Of a DNA stretch of 57,071 bases, positions 1 to 8,295 are shown in pieces. Positions within the stretch are counted from its first letter, which is position 1. Each line of letters starts with the position of its first letter. Source of the stretch: a virus (taxonomy: Duplodnaviria > Caudoviricetes); IMG/VR virus record IMGVR_UViG_3300027963_000090, positions 1 to 57,071 of that record; one strand, 5' to 3'. The notes beneath the pieces were generated by a model. That model did not search any database and had not been told where the DNA came from. It was given only the letters and a program-made list of their open reading frames with translations. The position numbers and the translations under genes were made by a program.

Positions 1-891
1 TCCTACTTTTTTGACTGTTTTGTCTGATTGCAACAGTGTTATTTCCAAACTGCTCTTGTCCTTTTGTAATTGTTTTAATTCATTGCTGAATTTGGTCCAT
101 TCTTCCAACTGTTGATGTGACACCAGTTCTTGTTCAATGTTAACTGCTTCCAACTCTGTGATGGACTTTTTAAGTTTTTCAATGTCTAAATTCTTTTGTG
201 TGTTCCAAATTTTTTCTTTGTTGCTCAATGAATTGATGGTCTCTTTGATCTTCTCATTGCTCATTTTTAAACCTTCCAAACGAGCATTTTCCATAGCTGT
301 GTCTTCTTTACTGACTCTGATCTTGTCTTTGAGCAATTCTGCTTTCTCGCTCAGCAGTGTGATGCCCAGTAATTGTTCAATGATATCTTTCTGATCGCTG
401 GCACTCATGCTTAAAAACGGTTCAGTGTAAGTGTTCAATGCCAATATGTGTTTGAACATGGAATGTGATAATCCCAACATGTGATTGATAGCAGCCTGAG
501 TCATACGACTGTCTCCTTGGCTCTCATCAGTGATCTCTTGTTCACTGTCATTGATAAAGTATCTCAGAGTGTTGGGACGTCTTCCCCTTTCAATGCGATA
601 TTTTATACCATCTTTCTCAAAAGTTAATGTGACCAACATGTTTTTATTGTTGGTCTTGTTGACTAAATTTTCTCTGCGTATTTTTGTGAGTGCTTCTCCA
701 AACAAACCATAACTCAGTGCATTGATCAGTGTGGTTTTACCAGTGCCGTTTCTGCTGCCAGCATCATCTCCACCTTGATCCAAATTCTCTCCCAACACCA
801 GGGTAAGTCTTTGATTGTCAAAATCCACTCCTTGGGTTTGATTGCCCACACTCATGAAATTTTTAACTGTTAGACTCTTAATTTTTATCAT
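1..891 (-). CDS. gp46: T4 gp46-like recombination endonuclease ATPase subunit (SbcC/Rad50 family), 5' part; runs off the window
   Basis: Absent from the ORF track; read manually from ATG at 891: MIKIKSLTVKNFMSVGN...LVLGENLDQGGDDAGSRNGTGKTTLINALSYGLFG (Walker A), followed by coiled-coil sequence; ATGA overlap with the gp47 stop. Confidence 0.93.
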   Translation of the reverse strand, partial: MIKIKSLTVKNFMSVGNQTQGVDFDNQRLTLVLGENLDQGGDDAGSRNGTGKTTLINALSYGLFGEALTKIRRENLVNKTNNKNMLVTLTFEKDGIKYRIERGRRPNTLRYFINDSEQEITDESQGDSRMTQAAINHMLGLSHSMFKHILALNTYTEPFLSMSASDQKDIIEQLLGITLLSEKAELLKDKIRVSKEDTAMENARLEGLKMSNEKIKETINSLSNKEKIWNTQKNLDIEKLKKSITELEAVNIEQELVSHQQLEEWTKFSNELKQLQKDKSSLEITLLQSDKTVKKVG

Positions 892-1895
892 TGTAGATCT
901 CTGTAAATTTCCAGCAGTGTATTTTTGTTGTAACTGTCGGATTCTATGGCATTGATTTCTTTGCTGACTATTTCATCCACAGATTCAAAACGAGTGATAT
1001 CCAATGTACTGGTCATTTCATCGTCTTTTTTGCCTGGAATTAATACAATCTCTCTACAGTTGTAATCTTTTATAAAAGTTTCTTTGATAAAGCTGGCTTC
1101 TTCATAGCTAATGTCTATGTCCAGTGTGACCTGCAAATGCATTTTGGGTTTGATAATATTTTTGGCATTATTCAATAGCTCTCCGAGATTAACTTTTAGA
1201 TATCTAGGACAATTGAACCAGTTGATATATCTGGGAGTACCACCATGTTCCATAATCATCATGCCTCGTTGATCATCATTCACGTCAGCATAGTTGTGTG
1301 GCATAGGATTACCTATGTAATGTATATTTTTTGCTGTTTGACGTTTGTGAAAATGTCCAGTGAACACATATTCTTGACTCACAAAGTCACCAGTCTGTAT
1401 CAATCCCGTGTCTGGCATCTCTATCATGGCATTCATCAAAAAGTGTGGCAATTCAAAGTGACCAAACATATATCTACTTTTGATTTTTTTAATTTGTTTG
1501 TATTCATCACCCACCAACCAAGGCACCAAAGTGACATCATCTATGGTGGTGGTTTCTGTGACCACAGTGATGCCTGGAATAAATCTAGCAAACTCCACTG
1601 AATGAATATCTCGTTTGTCTTTGTAATATAAATCGTGATTACCAGGAAAGAAATAAAATTTTTCAAATGCTTTGCCCAGTTTTTCCAAACATTTGATGGA
1701 AATATCCATGGTCATCAAGTTCAATGAATTTCTATTGTGATGCCAATCACCACAGAATATACCAGTTTCGCAATTGTTTTGTTTGGCTTGGTCTATGTAC
1801 CAGTCCACAAATTCTTCGCAGTCCTGATTGTGTATCACACTGTTGCTTTTTAACCCAAAGTGTATGTCAGTGAACACTGCTGCTTTTTTAAACAT
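888..1895 (-). CDS. gp47: T4 gp47-like recombination endonuclease, metallophosphoesterase subunit (SbcD/Mre11 family)
   Basis: Motifs FTDIHFG, GDWHH, PGNHD, GHFE, TGHFH; directly upstream of gp46. Confidence 0.93.
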   Translation of the reverse strand: MFKKAAVFTDIHFGLKSNSVIHNQDCEEFVDWYIDQAKQNNCETGIFCGDWHHNRNSLNLMTMDISIKCLEKLGKAFEKFYFFPGNHDLYYKDKRDIHSVEFARFIPGITVVTETTTIDDVTLVPWLVGDEYKQIKKIKSRYMFGHFELPHFLMNAMIEMPDTGLIQTGDFVSQEYVFTGHFHKRQTAKNIHYIGNPMPHNYADVNDDQRGMMIMEHGGTPRYINWFNCPRYLKVNLGELLNNAKNIIKPKMHLQVTLDIDISYEEASFIKETFIKDYNCREIVLIPGKKDDEMTSTLDITRFESVDEIVSKEINAIESDSYNKNTLLEIYRDLQ

Positions 1896-1919
1896 TCAAA
1901 TATCTTCCTTTAAATTGAT

Positions 1920-1948
1920 ATTGTAAGGCAAAAATCAAAATAAGTCAA
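1920..1948 (-). promoter_or_regulatory. sigma70-type promoter for gp47-gp46
   Basis: Minus strand TTGACT (1948-1943), 17 nt, TACAAT (1925-1920); AAGGA SD follows before the ATG at 1895. Confidence 0.75.
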
Positions 1949-1952
1949 TCTT

Positions 1953-2777
1953 TTAGGATTTCTTTTTAAATTCTCGATCAATGGCTTTGTCGTATGACTC
2001 TTTGTTCTGTCTAGTGGAACTAGGCATCATATCGTTCATTTCCATAATATCATCTCTAATATTTTGATTTCTTTTTTCGATATTGATAATTCTCACAAAT
2101 GAATTGGTCACTGCTGCTGTGTAATATGCAAATGGATTGTTAGACTTTGATTCATCAAATTGCAATCCAATTTGAGTCAGTTGCAGTATGGCCTGTCCTT
2201 GCATTTCATCATTGTAAGTGTAACCTCTCACATTGCCTCGGGTTCCATATCGTTCACATAGTTTCATCCACATCATGGCCAACTTGGCAGTGGGTTTTCC
2301 ACCTATTTTAGTAAACTTACCATTGTGCAAGCCACCTTCCCAATGACTTTTGCCCACGCACACAAGATTTTCTTTTTCATCATACTTCCAATGTTGGAAG
2401 GCAGGAAAGTTTACTTTAACTTTAGAGTCTGCTGAACTTTTGGGATTTTTTTTGCGTCCAGGTTCATTGGGTATGTGATCATAGGTCATCACTCTAAACA
2501 CCAAATCTTCTTTCTTAATTTTTTTATAATCCACTTCGCACTCAGACAACTTAACTTTTGGATCCACTGCTTTGCGTTTTTCAAACTCTTCCTGAGACAA
2601 TCGTTTGGCTCTAGCACGTTTAGCTTCTGCTATGGTTCTAACATTGATACGCTCCAATGAGGACACAATAGCATCGTATCTGTGATGTTCGTCTTTGATA
2701 TAACTGCAATAACTGTTCTTGGACTTATGTATTTCTTCCAGTAGATCTTTGTTATTAAGATAGTTGACTTTTTTCAT
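1953..2777 (-). CDS. gp55: T4 gp55-like sigma factor for late transcription
   Basis: N-terminal NYLNNKDLLEEI; C-terminal RGYTYNDEM...FDESKSNNPFAYYT...NSFVRIINIEKR typical of gp55; T4-like order 55-47-46. Confidence 0.85.
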   Translation of the reverse strand: MKKVNYLNNKDLLEEIHKSKNSYCSYIKDEHHRYDAIVSSLERINVRTIAEAKRARAKRLSQEEFEKRKAVDPKVKLSECEVDYKKIKKEDLVFRVMTYDHIPNEPGRKKNPKSSADSKVKVNFPAFQHWKYDEKENLVCVGKSHWEGGLHNGKFTKIGGKPTAKLAMMWMKLCERYGTRGNVRGYTYNDEMQGQAILQLTQIGLQFDESKSNNPFAYYTAAVTNSFVRIINIEKRNQNIRDDIMEMNDMMPSSTRQNKESYDKAIDREFKKKS

Positions 2778-2801
2778 GCAAATCCTATGTAATTAGCCTT
2801 C

Positions 2802-2830
2802 AGTATAAACTACGCAGTTAATTTTGTCAA
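2802..2830 (-). promoter_or_regulatory. sigma70-type promoter for the gp55-like gene
   Basis: Minus strand TTGACA (2830-2825), 17 nt, TATACT (2807-2802). Confidence 0.75.
2805..2822. promoter_or_regulatory. 18-bp palindromic operator-like site, copy 1
   Basis: ATAAACT-ACGC-AGTTAAT; related copies at 8243 and 48513. Confidence 0.6.
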
Positions 2831-2836
2831 TAAATA
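2831..2836 (+). promoter_or_regulatory. T4-type late promoter core (TAAATA) for the baseplate operon
   Basis: AATAAATA in the divergent intergenic gap; resembles the T4 late consensus TATAAATA; recurs before other structural genes. Confidence 0.65.
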
Positions 2837-2855
2837 CTTAAGAAAAGGTAACCAT

Positions 2856-3749
2856 ATGGCAATACCAGATTATTCAAGTCAGTACTCACAAAAAAACGGA
2901 GCATCCTATGTGAATGACCTTGTGGGCAGCGATCCCACCAGCATCACAGGCTATGCTAGCAAAGCAGCCGCTGCGGTTACAGATTTTGCCAATCCACAAA
3001 ATTTTGGATCAATCACCAGATCTGTGGCAGCCAGTTTACCATTTAATGGCATGGCAGCATCAAAATCATTAACTCAAGCTCAAGGTGCCAGCAAACCTGG
3101 TGAACAGGATTGGCGTGTTAAATTAAGTGTGCCAGATAATTTTAGATCCAGTCCTTTAATAGAACCGTTGCTTAAAACTGGAGGATTTACTTTTCCGTTC
3201 ACACCATCAATCATCATGAGTCAATCAGCCAACTACACAGGTCATAATCCTGCACATACCAATTATGCAATGAATTCTTTTAATTACAGCAACGTAGAAC
3301 AAATAACAATTAATGGAGATTTTTTTGTGCAGAATGGTTTGGAAGCACAATATTGGATAGCTGCAGTACATTATTTGAGAAGTGTTACTAAAATGCGTTA
3401 TGGAGAAGGTAGTTCAGATGCGGGATCTCCACCACCGGTGGTTTTATTGAATGGTTATGGAGATTTTGTTTTTAAAAATCTTCCTGTGGTGGTATCAAAT
3501 TTTCAGGTGGAGTTGCCTGCAGATGTGGATTATATCAGCGCCGAACTGTCAAATGCAGGAGATGCTGCATACACTGATTATGGACCAGGTGCTGCTACTG
3601 AAACCAAATCCAATGTGGGATGGGCACCAGCACAGAGTCAACTCACAGTGCAATTAATGCCACAATTTAGCAGAGCATCTGTGTCACAATTTAATATGGA
3701 TGATTTTGTGAACGGCAAATATGTTAGAGGCTCTGGAGGATTTATCTAA
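2856..3749 (+). CDS. baseplate/tail tube initiator-like protein (gp48/gp54-like)
   Basis: FTFPFTPSI...ITINGDF...GSPPPVVLLNGYG..VF..LPVVVSNF pattern of tube-fold initiator proteins; first gene of the baseplate module. Confidence 0.6.
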   Translation: MAIPDYSSQYSQKNGASYVNDLVGSDPTSITGYASKAAAAVTDFANPQNFGSITRSVAASLPFNGMAASKSLTQAQGASKPGEQDWRVKLSVPDNFRSSPLIEPLLKTGGFTFPFTPSIIMSQSANYTGHNPAHTNYAMNSFNYSNVEQITINGDFFVQNGLEAQYWIAAVHYLRSVTKMRYGEGSSDAGSPPPVVLLNGYGDFVFKNLPVVVSNFQVELPADVDYISAELSNAGDAAYTDYGPGAATETKSNVGWAPAQSQLTVQLMPQFSRASVSQFNMDDFVNGKYVRGSGGFI

Positions 3750-4051
3750 TGGTTAATTACAAAGGAACCAGTCCTTGGTTTGCAACACCGTTGGTGAATG
3801 ATCAATATTTGGATTTACTTTCTATCAGACCCATTCCAGCCACAGCAGATGATGTGTTATGGACAGTGTCAGTGCAATACAATCACAGACCAGATCTGTT
3901 GGCATATGACTTGTACGGATCTTCCAAACTGTGGTGGGTGTTTGCACAGAGAAACATGGATACAATCAAAGATCCCATATATGACTTGGTTGCAGGTTTA
4001 AAAATTTATCTTCCACAAGGACCCAAACTAAGACAATCTTTAGGAATATAA
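3749..4051 (+). CDS. baseplate wedge protein, gp53/LysM-like
   Basis: RPDLLAYDLYGSSKLWWVFAQRN...GLKIYLP LysM-like signature; 100 aa; position. Confidence 0.75.
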   Translation: MVNYKGTSPWFATPLVNDQYLDLLSIRPIPATADDVLWTVSVQYNHRPDLLAYDLYGSSKLWWVFAQRNMDTIKDPIYDLVAGLKIYLPQGPKLRQSLGI

Positions 4052-4054
4052 TCC

Positions 4055-6280
4055 ATGCCTATAGATGCCACTAATAATATAACAGTTCGATCCCCAGAAG
4101 ATACATTTGGATCTTCCACAGAAGATGAAATTCAAAGAACCACAGTGGATGCCAACAACGCTGAGTTATTTCCCAATAAAATTCCTAATCCTTTACACAA
4201 TTATAATTCATTCAACACCATATTCACTCTAGCATGTCTTACTCCGGAAGAAATGAATTTTCCGTATAGACTGCGTGTGCAATCTCCCTCAGTAACTATT
4301 TTACGCAGTGGTGGATCTGGAGTTTCTAAACTTTCCACATTGTATGATTTGGATTTTGATGGTGGTGGATCCACTGGAATTCGTAGAGAATATTTTATTA
4401 ATAATGTTCAAATTAAATCATACTTGGCTCCCAGTGAAAAAAGCATGACCAATGCCAACAAAATAGATTTCACAGTGTTTGAACCTTACAGCATGGGAAC
4501 TTTTATAGAGACCATTAGACTGTGTGCTGTGAAAGCAGGCTATAAAAATTATACTCAAGCACCTTATTGTCTTATTATGGAATTTGTAGGAATAGATTTA
4601 AACAATAAATTAGTGAACATAACTGATCAAAACAGCAGCAGCACCAAAAGAATCATACCCATACTGTTTTCTCAAATTAATTTTACTGCTGATCAATCAG
4701 GAGCCACGTATCAAGTGAGTGCCATAGCACAAAGCGAATATGCCATGCGTAATACAGTTCAAAGTATTCCAAATGATGTGACTCTTCGTGGATTTACAGT
4801 TCAACATTTTTTGCAGAATTATTTGCAACAGGAACTCAACAAAGATAAACAAAAGAAAAATAAACAGGATCAAAAAAAACCCACAATAATTGATGATATT
4901 ATTATTAATTTTCCCAAACAAGATCAATTAAATTCACAGAGTACTAGAACTGGGTTTTCCAAACAATCCGACAAAGCCACGTATGACCCTAATGAACAAA
5001 GAACACAACTAGTGGGCACAGGCACAGAAGTGTTCAGCTACAATACAGGTATATCATATTTTCAATCAATTGAGTCAATGAATAATATTGGTAAAGCAAA
5101 AATGAATTTTACAGATGATCAAACAAAAAATGTTTTAACTGACGATGAAAAAACACTTTGGGACAGCAAGAAAAAAATATCAAAAGCTAGTCAAATAAAA
5201 TCAACCAAAGAAGGATCGTTGGCATTTAAAAAAATGGCACGCATAGAAGACATAATCACTAACGTGATACTATACAGCGATTATGCCACATCTTTGTTGG
5301 GAGACAGTGATGCTAACGGATTCAAAAACTGGTTCAAAGTGGTTCCCAGAGTGTTTTATATCAATGATCCTGAAATATTGGAAAAAACAGCAGCTTATCC
5401 TAAATTGATTGTGTTTGATGTGATTGAACACAAAGTGCATGAATCACTGTTTGTTAAACCTAATAAAAAAACCAACGTGCAAAAAATCAATAACTTTGTT
5501 GTGAAAGAATATGATTATCTGTTTACAGGAAAAAATTTAGACGTGTTAAAATTTGACATACAAATTAACACTGCATTGGTTGCACAATTGCCCAGCGATC
5601 ATGCCGATTCCAAAGAAGATCCCAATAAAAAAACCAAAGCTGAAAAAGAAACACAGTCCAATATAGACAACAGCAAGGGTGATACCATAAAGAACAACAC
5701 AGGATCTGGAATATCAGTGACCAATATGTTTTACAGTCCTAGAAAAGCCACCATGGAAGCCGTGGGTGAACTGAGCACTGAACAAAAATTAGCATTGGAA
5801 TTTCATGATTTTATAACCACAGGAGGAATTGCATTTGCACAGGCAAATTTGACCATACTGGGTGATCCTTATTTTATTGCTGACAGCGGCATAGGCAATT
5901 ACTATGCACAAATGGCAAAAAATGCAAATGGAACCATTTCATTTATCAACAAAGACGGCAGTATGGATCCAAACTTTACCACCATATACATTGTGTTGAA
6001 CTTTAGAACTCCCATTGATTACGCCAGCAACGGACAAACCATATTCAAAGACACAGCCAGTCAATTGAATAAAAATTTTGTAAAATTGGATCAATTCAGC
6101 GGAGTGTTTAGAGTGAGCGAATTGGAAAATATTTTTGAAAATGGTGTATTTAGACAGGAATTACAATTACAAAGAGTTGCCAATCAAGAAATTCCAGATG
6201 ATAAATCTGTAAAAGCATTGGGAGGCAGCAATGCCTTGAATGCTGTTGGTACAACATTTGAAGGAGATGGTTCAGCATAA
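4055..6280 (+). CDS. putative baseplate hub protein (gp27-like)
   Basis: 741 aa between the gp53-like and gp5-like genes; C-terminal LTILGDP...FSGVFRVSELENIFENGVFRQEL pattern. Confidence 0.55.
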   Translation: MPIDATNNITVRSPEDTFGSSTEDEIQRTTVDANNAELFPNKIPNPLHNYNSFNTIFTLACLTPEEMNFPYRLRVQSPSVTILRSGGSGVSKLSTLYDLDFDGGGSTGIRREYFINNVQIKSYLAPSEKSMTNANKIDFTVFEPYSMGTFIETIRLCAVKAGYKNYTQAPYCLIMEFVGIDLNNKLVNITDQNSSSTKRIIPILFSQINFTADQSGATYQVSAIAQSEYAMRNTVQSIPNDVTLRGFTVQHFLQNYLQQELNKDKQKKNKQDQKKPTIIDDIIINFPKQDQLNSQSTRTGFSKQSDKATYDPNEQRTQLVGTGTEVFSYNTGISYFQSIESMNNIGKAKMNFTDDQTKNVLTDDEKTLWDSKKKISKASQIKSTKEGSLAFKKMARIEDIITNVILYSDYATSLLGDSDANGFKNWFKVVPRVFYINDPEILEKTAAYPKLIVFDVIEHKVHESLFVKPNKKTNVQKINNFVVKEYDYLFTGKNLDVLKFDIQINTALVAQLPSDHADSKEDPNKKTKAEKETQSNIDNSKGDTIKNNTGSGISVTNMFYSPRKATMEAVGELSTEQKLALEFHDFITTGGIAFAQANLTILGDPYFIADSGIGNYYAQMAKNANGTISFINKDGSMDPNFTTIYIVLNFRTPIDYASNGQTIFKDTASQLNKNFVKLDQFSGVFRVSELENIFENGVFRQELQLQRVANQEIPDDKSVKALGGSNALNAVGTTFEGDGSA

Positions 6281-7779
6281 TGTTTTCAATAGATAAAAGA
6301 TCTGGCAAAAATAGAATAATGAAAAGTCCTGGACCTTATGAGGCCGTGGTAACCAGTCATTTGGATGGCAAATATTCCGGCACACTGGAAGTGGAGTTGT
6401 TAAGGTCCAATGATCCAGGCAACGAAACAGATGCAGTGAATCAGCGTGTACAAGTGAGATATCTAAATCCATTCTATGGCGTGACCAATTATGATGGTGT
6501 GACTAAAAATAATGATTATGCCAGCAGCCAACAAAGTTATGGCATGTGGTTCATACCACCAGACTTAGGCAACACAGTGCTGGTGATATTTGTGGAAGGC
6601 AACATCAACAAAGGTTATTGGTTTGGTTGTGTGCAGGCAGAAAATCAAAATTTTATGATTCCAGATGGTAGAGCTGCAACCACATACACAGATATTACTG
6701 ACAATGAAGATTTAGCAGGTAAAAAATTACCTGTGGGTGAATACAACAAAGAACTATTGGAAAATTTAAAAAACTTAACTGATTCCACTAAAAATTTAAA
6801 ACCCATCAATCAACAATTTGTGGATATATTGAACAATCAAGGATTGCTGGAAGATGAAACCAGAGGGTTAACAACCAGCAGTGCAAGACGAGAAGCACCC
6901 AGTATGGTGTTTGGAGTGAGCACTCCAGGACCATTGGACAAACGCGGCAATGCCAGAGGCAAAGGTGGTAGATATTATTCTAGATTGGGTGGCAGCAGTA
7001 TTGTAATGGATGATGGAGATGATAAATTTTTGCGTAAAACTTCAGCTGCTGAAGGTCCTTCAGACTATGTGAATAAAATCACTGCTGATGAAGAAGAAAC
7101 AGCAGATGAAACCATACCTCACAATGAATTAGTACGTATTAGAACCAGAACAGGTCATCAAATATTGTTGCACAATTCAGAAGATTTGATCTACATTGGC
7201 AATGCCAAAGGTACCACTTGGATAGAATTAACAGCCAATGGCAAAATAGATGTGTATGCCAAAGACAGCATTAGTTTTCACACAGAAACAGATTTTAATT
7301 TTAAGGCTAACAGAGATGTGAATATTGAAGCGGATCGCAATGTGAATATCAAAGCATTGAACAATGTGCAAATAGAAAGCAGTCAAAATTTAAATCTAGT
7401 GATAGGTGCTGATGGGTTTATAACCACAGGATCTAATTTGAATGTGAACAGTGCCAATAATTATTTCACATCTACCAGTGAAACTCATATTAAAAGTGAT
7501 GTTCAATACAGTTCAGGATCAGCAGCCTATTCAAATTTTCCAACAGGCGGAACAGCTGACGCTACCGCTGCAGGCAGTGCTTCCACTCTCAACACATTTA
7601 CTAATCCTGGAGAAAATTTAGAAAACATAATGAAACGTGTGCCACAGCATGAACCTTGGCCACAGCATGAAAACTTAAATCCCAATAATGTTAGTAATAA
7701 TTTAACAGACAGAGAAAATCCTGACAATATCATCGATTCCTCTTTAACTCAGATAAAAGACACTTTTACAAAAAATTAA
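6280..7779 (+). CDS. gp5/VgrG-like baseplate central spike
   Basis: OB-fold YGMWFIPPDLGNTVLVIF; RIRTRTGHQILL; beta-helix repeats (FNFKANRDVNIEADRNVNIKALNNVQIES). Confidence 0.8.
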   Translation: MFSIDKRSGKNRIMKSPGPYEAVVTSHLDGKYSGTLEVELLRSNDPGNETDAVNQRVQVRYLNPFYGVTNYDGVTKNNDYASSQQSYGMWFIPPDLGNTVLVIFVEGNINKGYWFGCVQAENQNFMIPDGRAATTYTDITDNEDLAGKKLPVGEYNKELLENLKNLTDSTKNLKPINQQFVDILNNQGLLEDETRGLTTSSARREAPSMVFGVSTPGPLDKRGNARGKGGRYYSRLGGSSIVMDDGDDKFLRKTSAAEGPSDYVNKITADEEETADETIPHNELVRIRTRTGHQILLHNSEDLIYIGNAKGTTWIELTANGKIDVYAKDSISFHTETDFNFKANRDVNIEADRNVNIKALNNVQIESSQNLNLVIGADGFITTGSNLNVNSANNYFTSTSETHIKSDVQYSSGSAAYSNFPTGGTADATAAGSASTLNTFTNPGENLENIMKRVPQHEPWPQHENLNPNNVSNNLTDRENPDNIIDSSLTQIKDTFTKN

Positions 7780-7783
7780 CGAA

Positions 7784-7789
7784 TAAATA
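7784..7789 (+). promoter_or_regulatory. late promoter core TAAATA before the gp25-like gene
   Basis: AATAAATA in a 15-nt intergenic gap; ATG starts 6 nt after the last A. Confidence 0.55.
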
Positions 7790-7794
7790 TTCAT

Positions 7795-8241
7795 ATGAGC
7801 ACCAAAGAAAAAAAACTATACAAAGACATCACAGTCCGAGCCAATAAAGCACCCTCAGCACCTTTGGGTCCTAGAGCCTACAGAGGCACCAGCACTGTGG
7901 ATCCCAATGCCAACAGTTTTAATCTGTATGACATAGCACTGATCAAGCAAGATCTAATCAATTACTTTCATATACGCCAAGGGGAAAAATTAGAAAATCC
8001 TGAATTTGGTACCATTATTTGGGACGCACTGTTTGAACCTTTGACAGAAAGTATGAAACAAGCCATCATTAATAATGTCACACAGATCGTTAACTACGAC
8101 CCTAGAGTACAAGTAAACAGTGTGACTGTGGACTCTTATGAGAGTGGCATACAAATTGAGTGTGAACTTACCTACCTTCCTTACAATATTTCCCAAAGTA
8201 TGCGTTTAAAATTTGATGAAAACCAAGGATTAATCAGCTAG
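7795..8241 (+). CDS. gp25: gp25-like baseplate wedge/sheath initiator
   Basis: IKQDLINYFHIRQGEKLENPEFGTIIWDALFEP...YDPRV, GPW/gp25 family signature. Confidence 0.88.
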   Translation: MSTKEKKLYKDITVRANKAPSAPLGPRAYRGTSTVDPNANSFNLYDIALIKQDLINYFHIRQGEKLENPEFGTIIWDALFEPLTESMKQAIINNVTQIVNYDPRVQVNSVTVDSYESGIQIECELTYLPYNISQSMRLKFDENQGLIS

Positions 8242-8242
8242 A

Positions 8243-8275
8243 ATTAACTGAGCATTTAATCAAACCTAATAAATA
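8243..8275 (+). promoter_or_regulatory. palindromic site copy 2 plus late promoter core
   Basis: ATTAACT-GAGC-ATTTAAT (8243-8260), 9 nt, TAAATA (8270-8275). Confidence 0.6.
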
Positions 8276-8295
8276 AGTTCATACAATGGAAACTT

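Noticed and set aside
137-712. Plus-strand ORFs 137-394 and 530-712
   Set aside because: Antisense shadows of the gp46 gene on the minus strand
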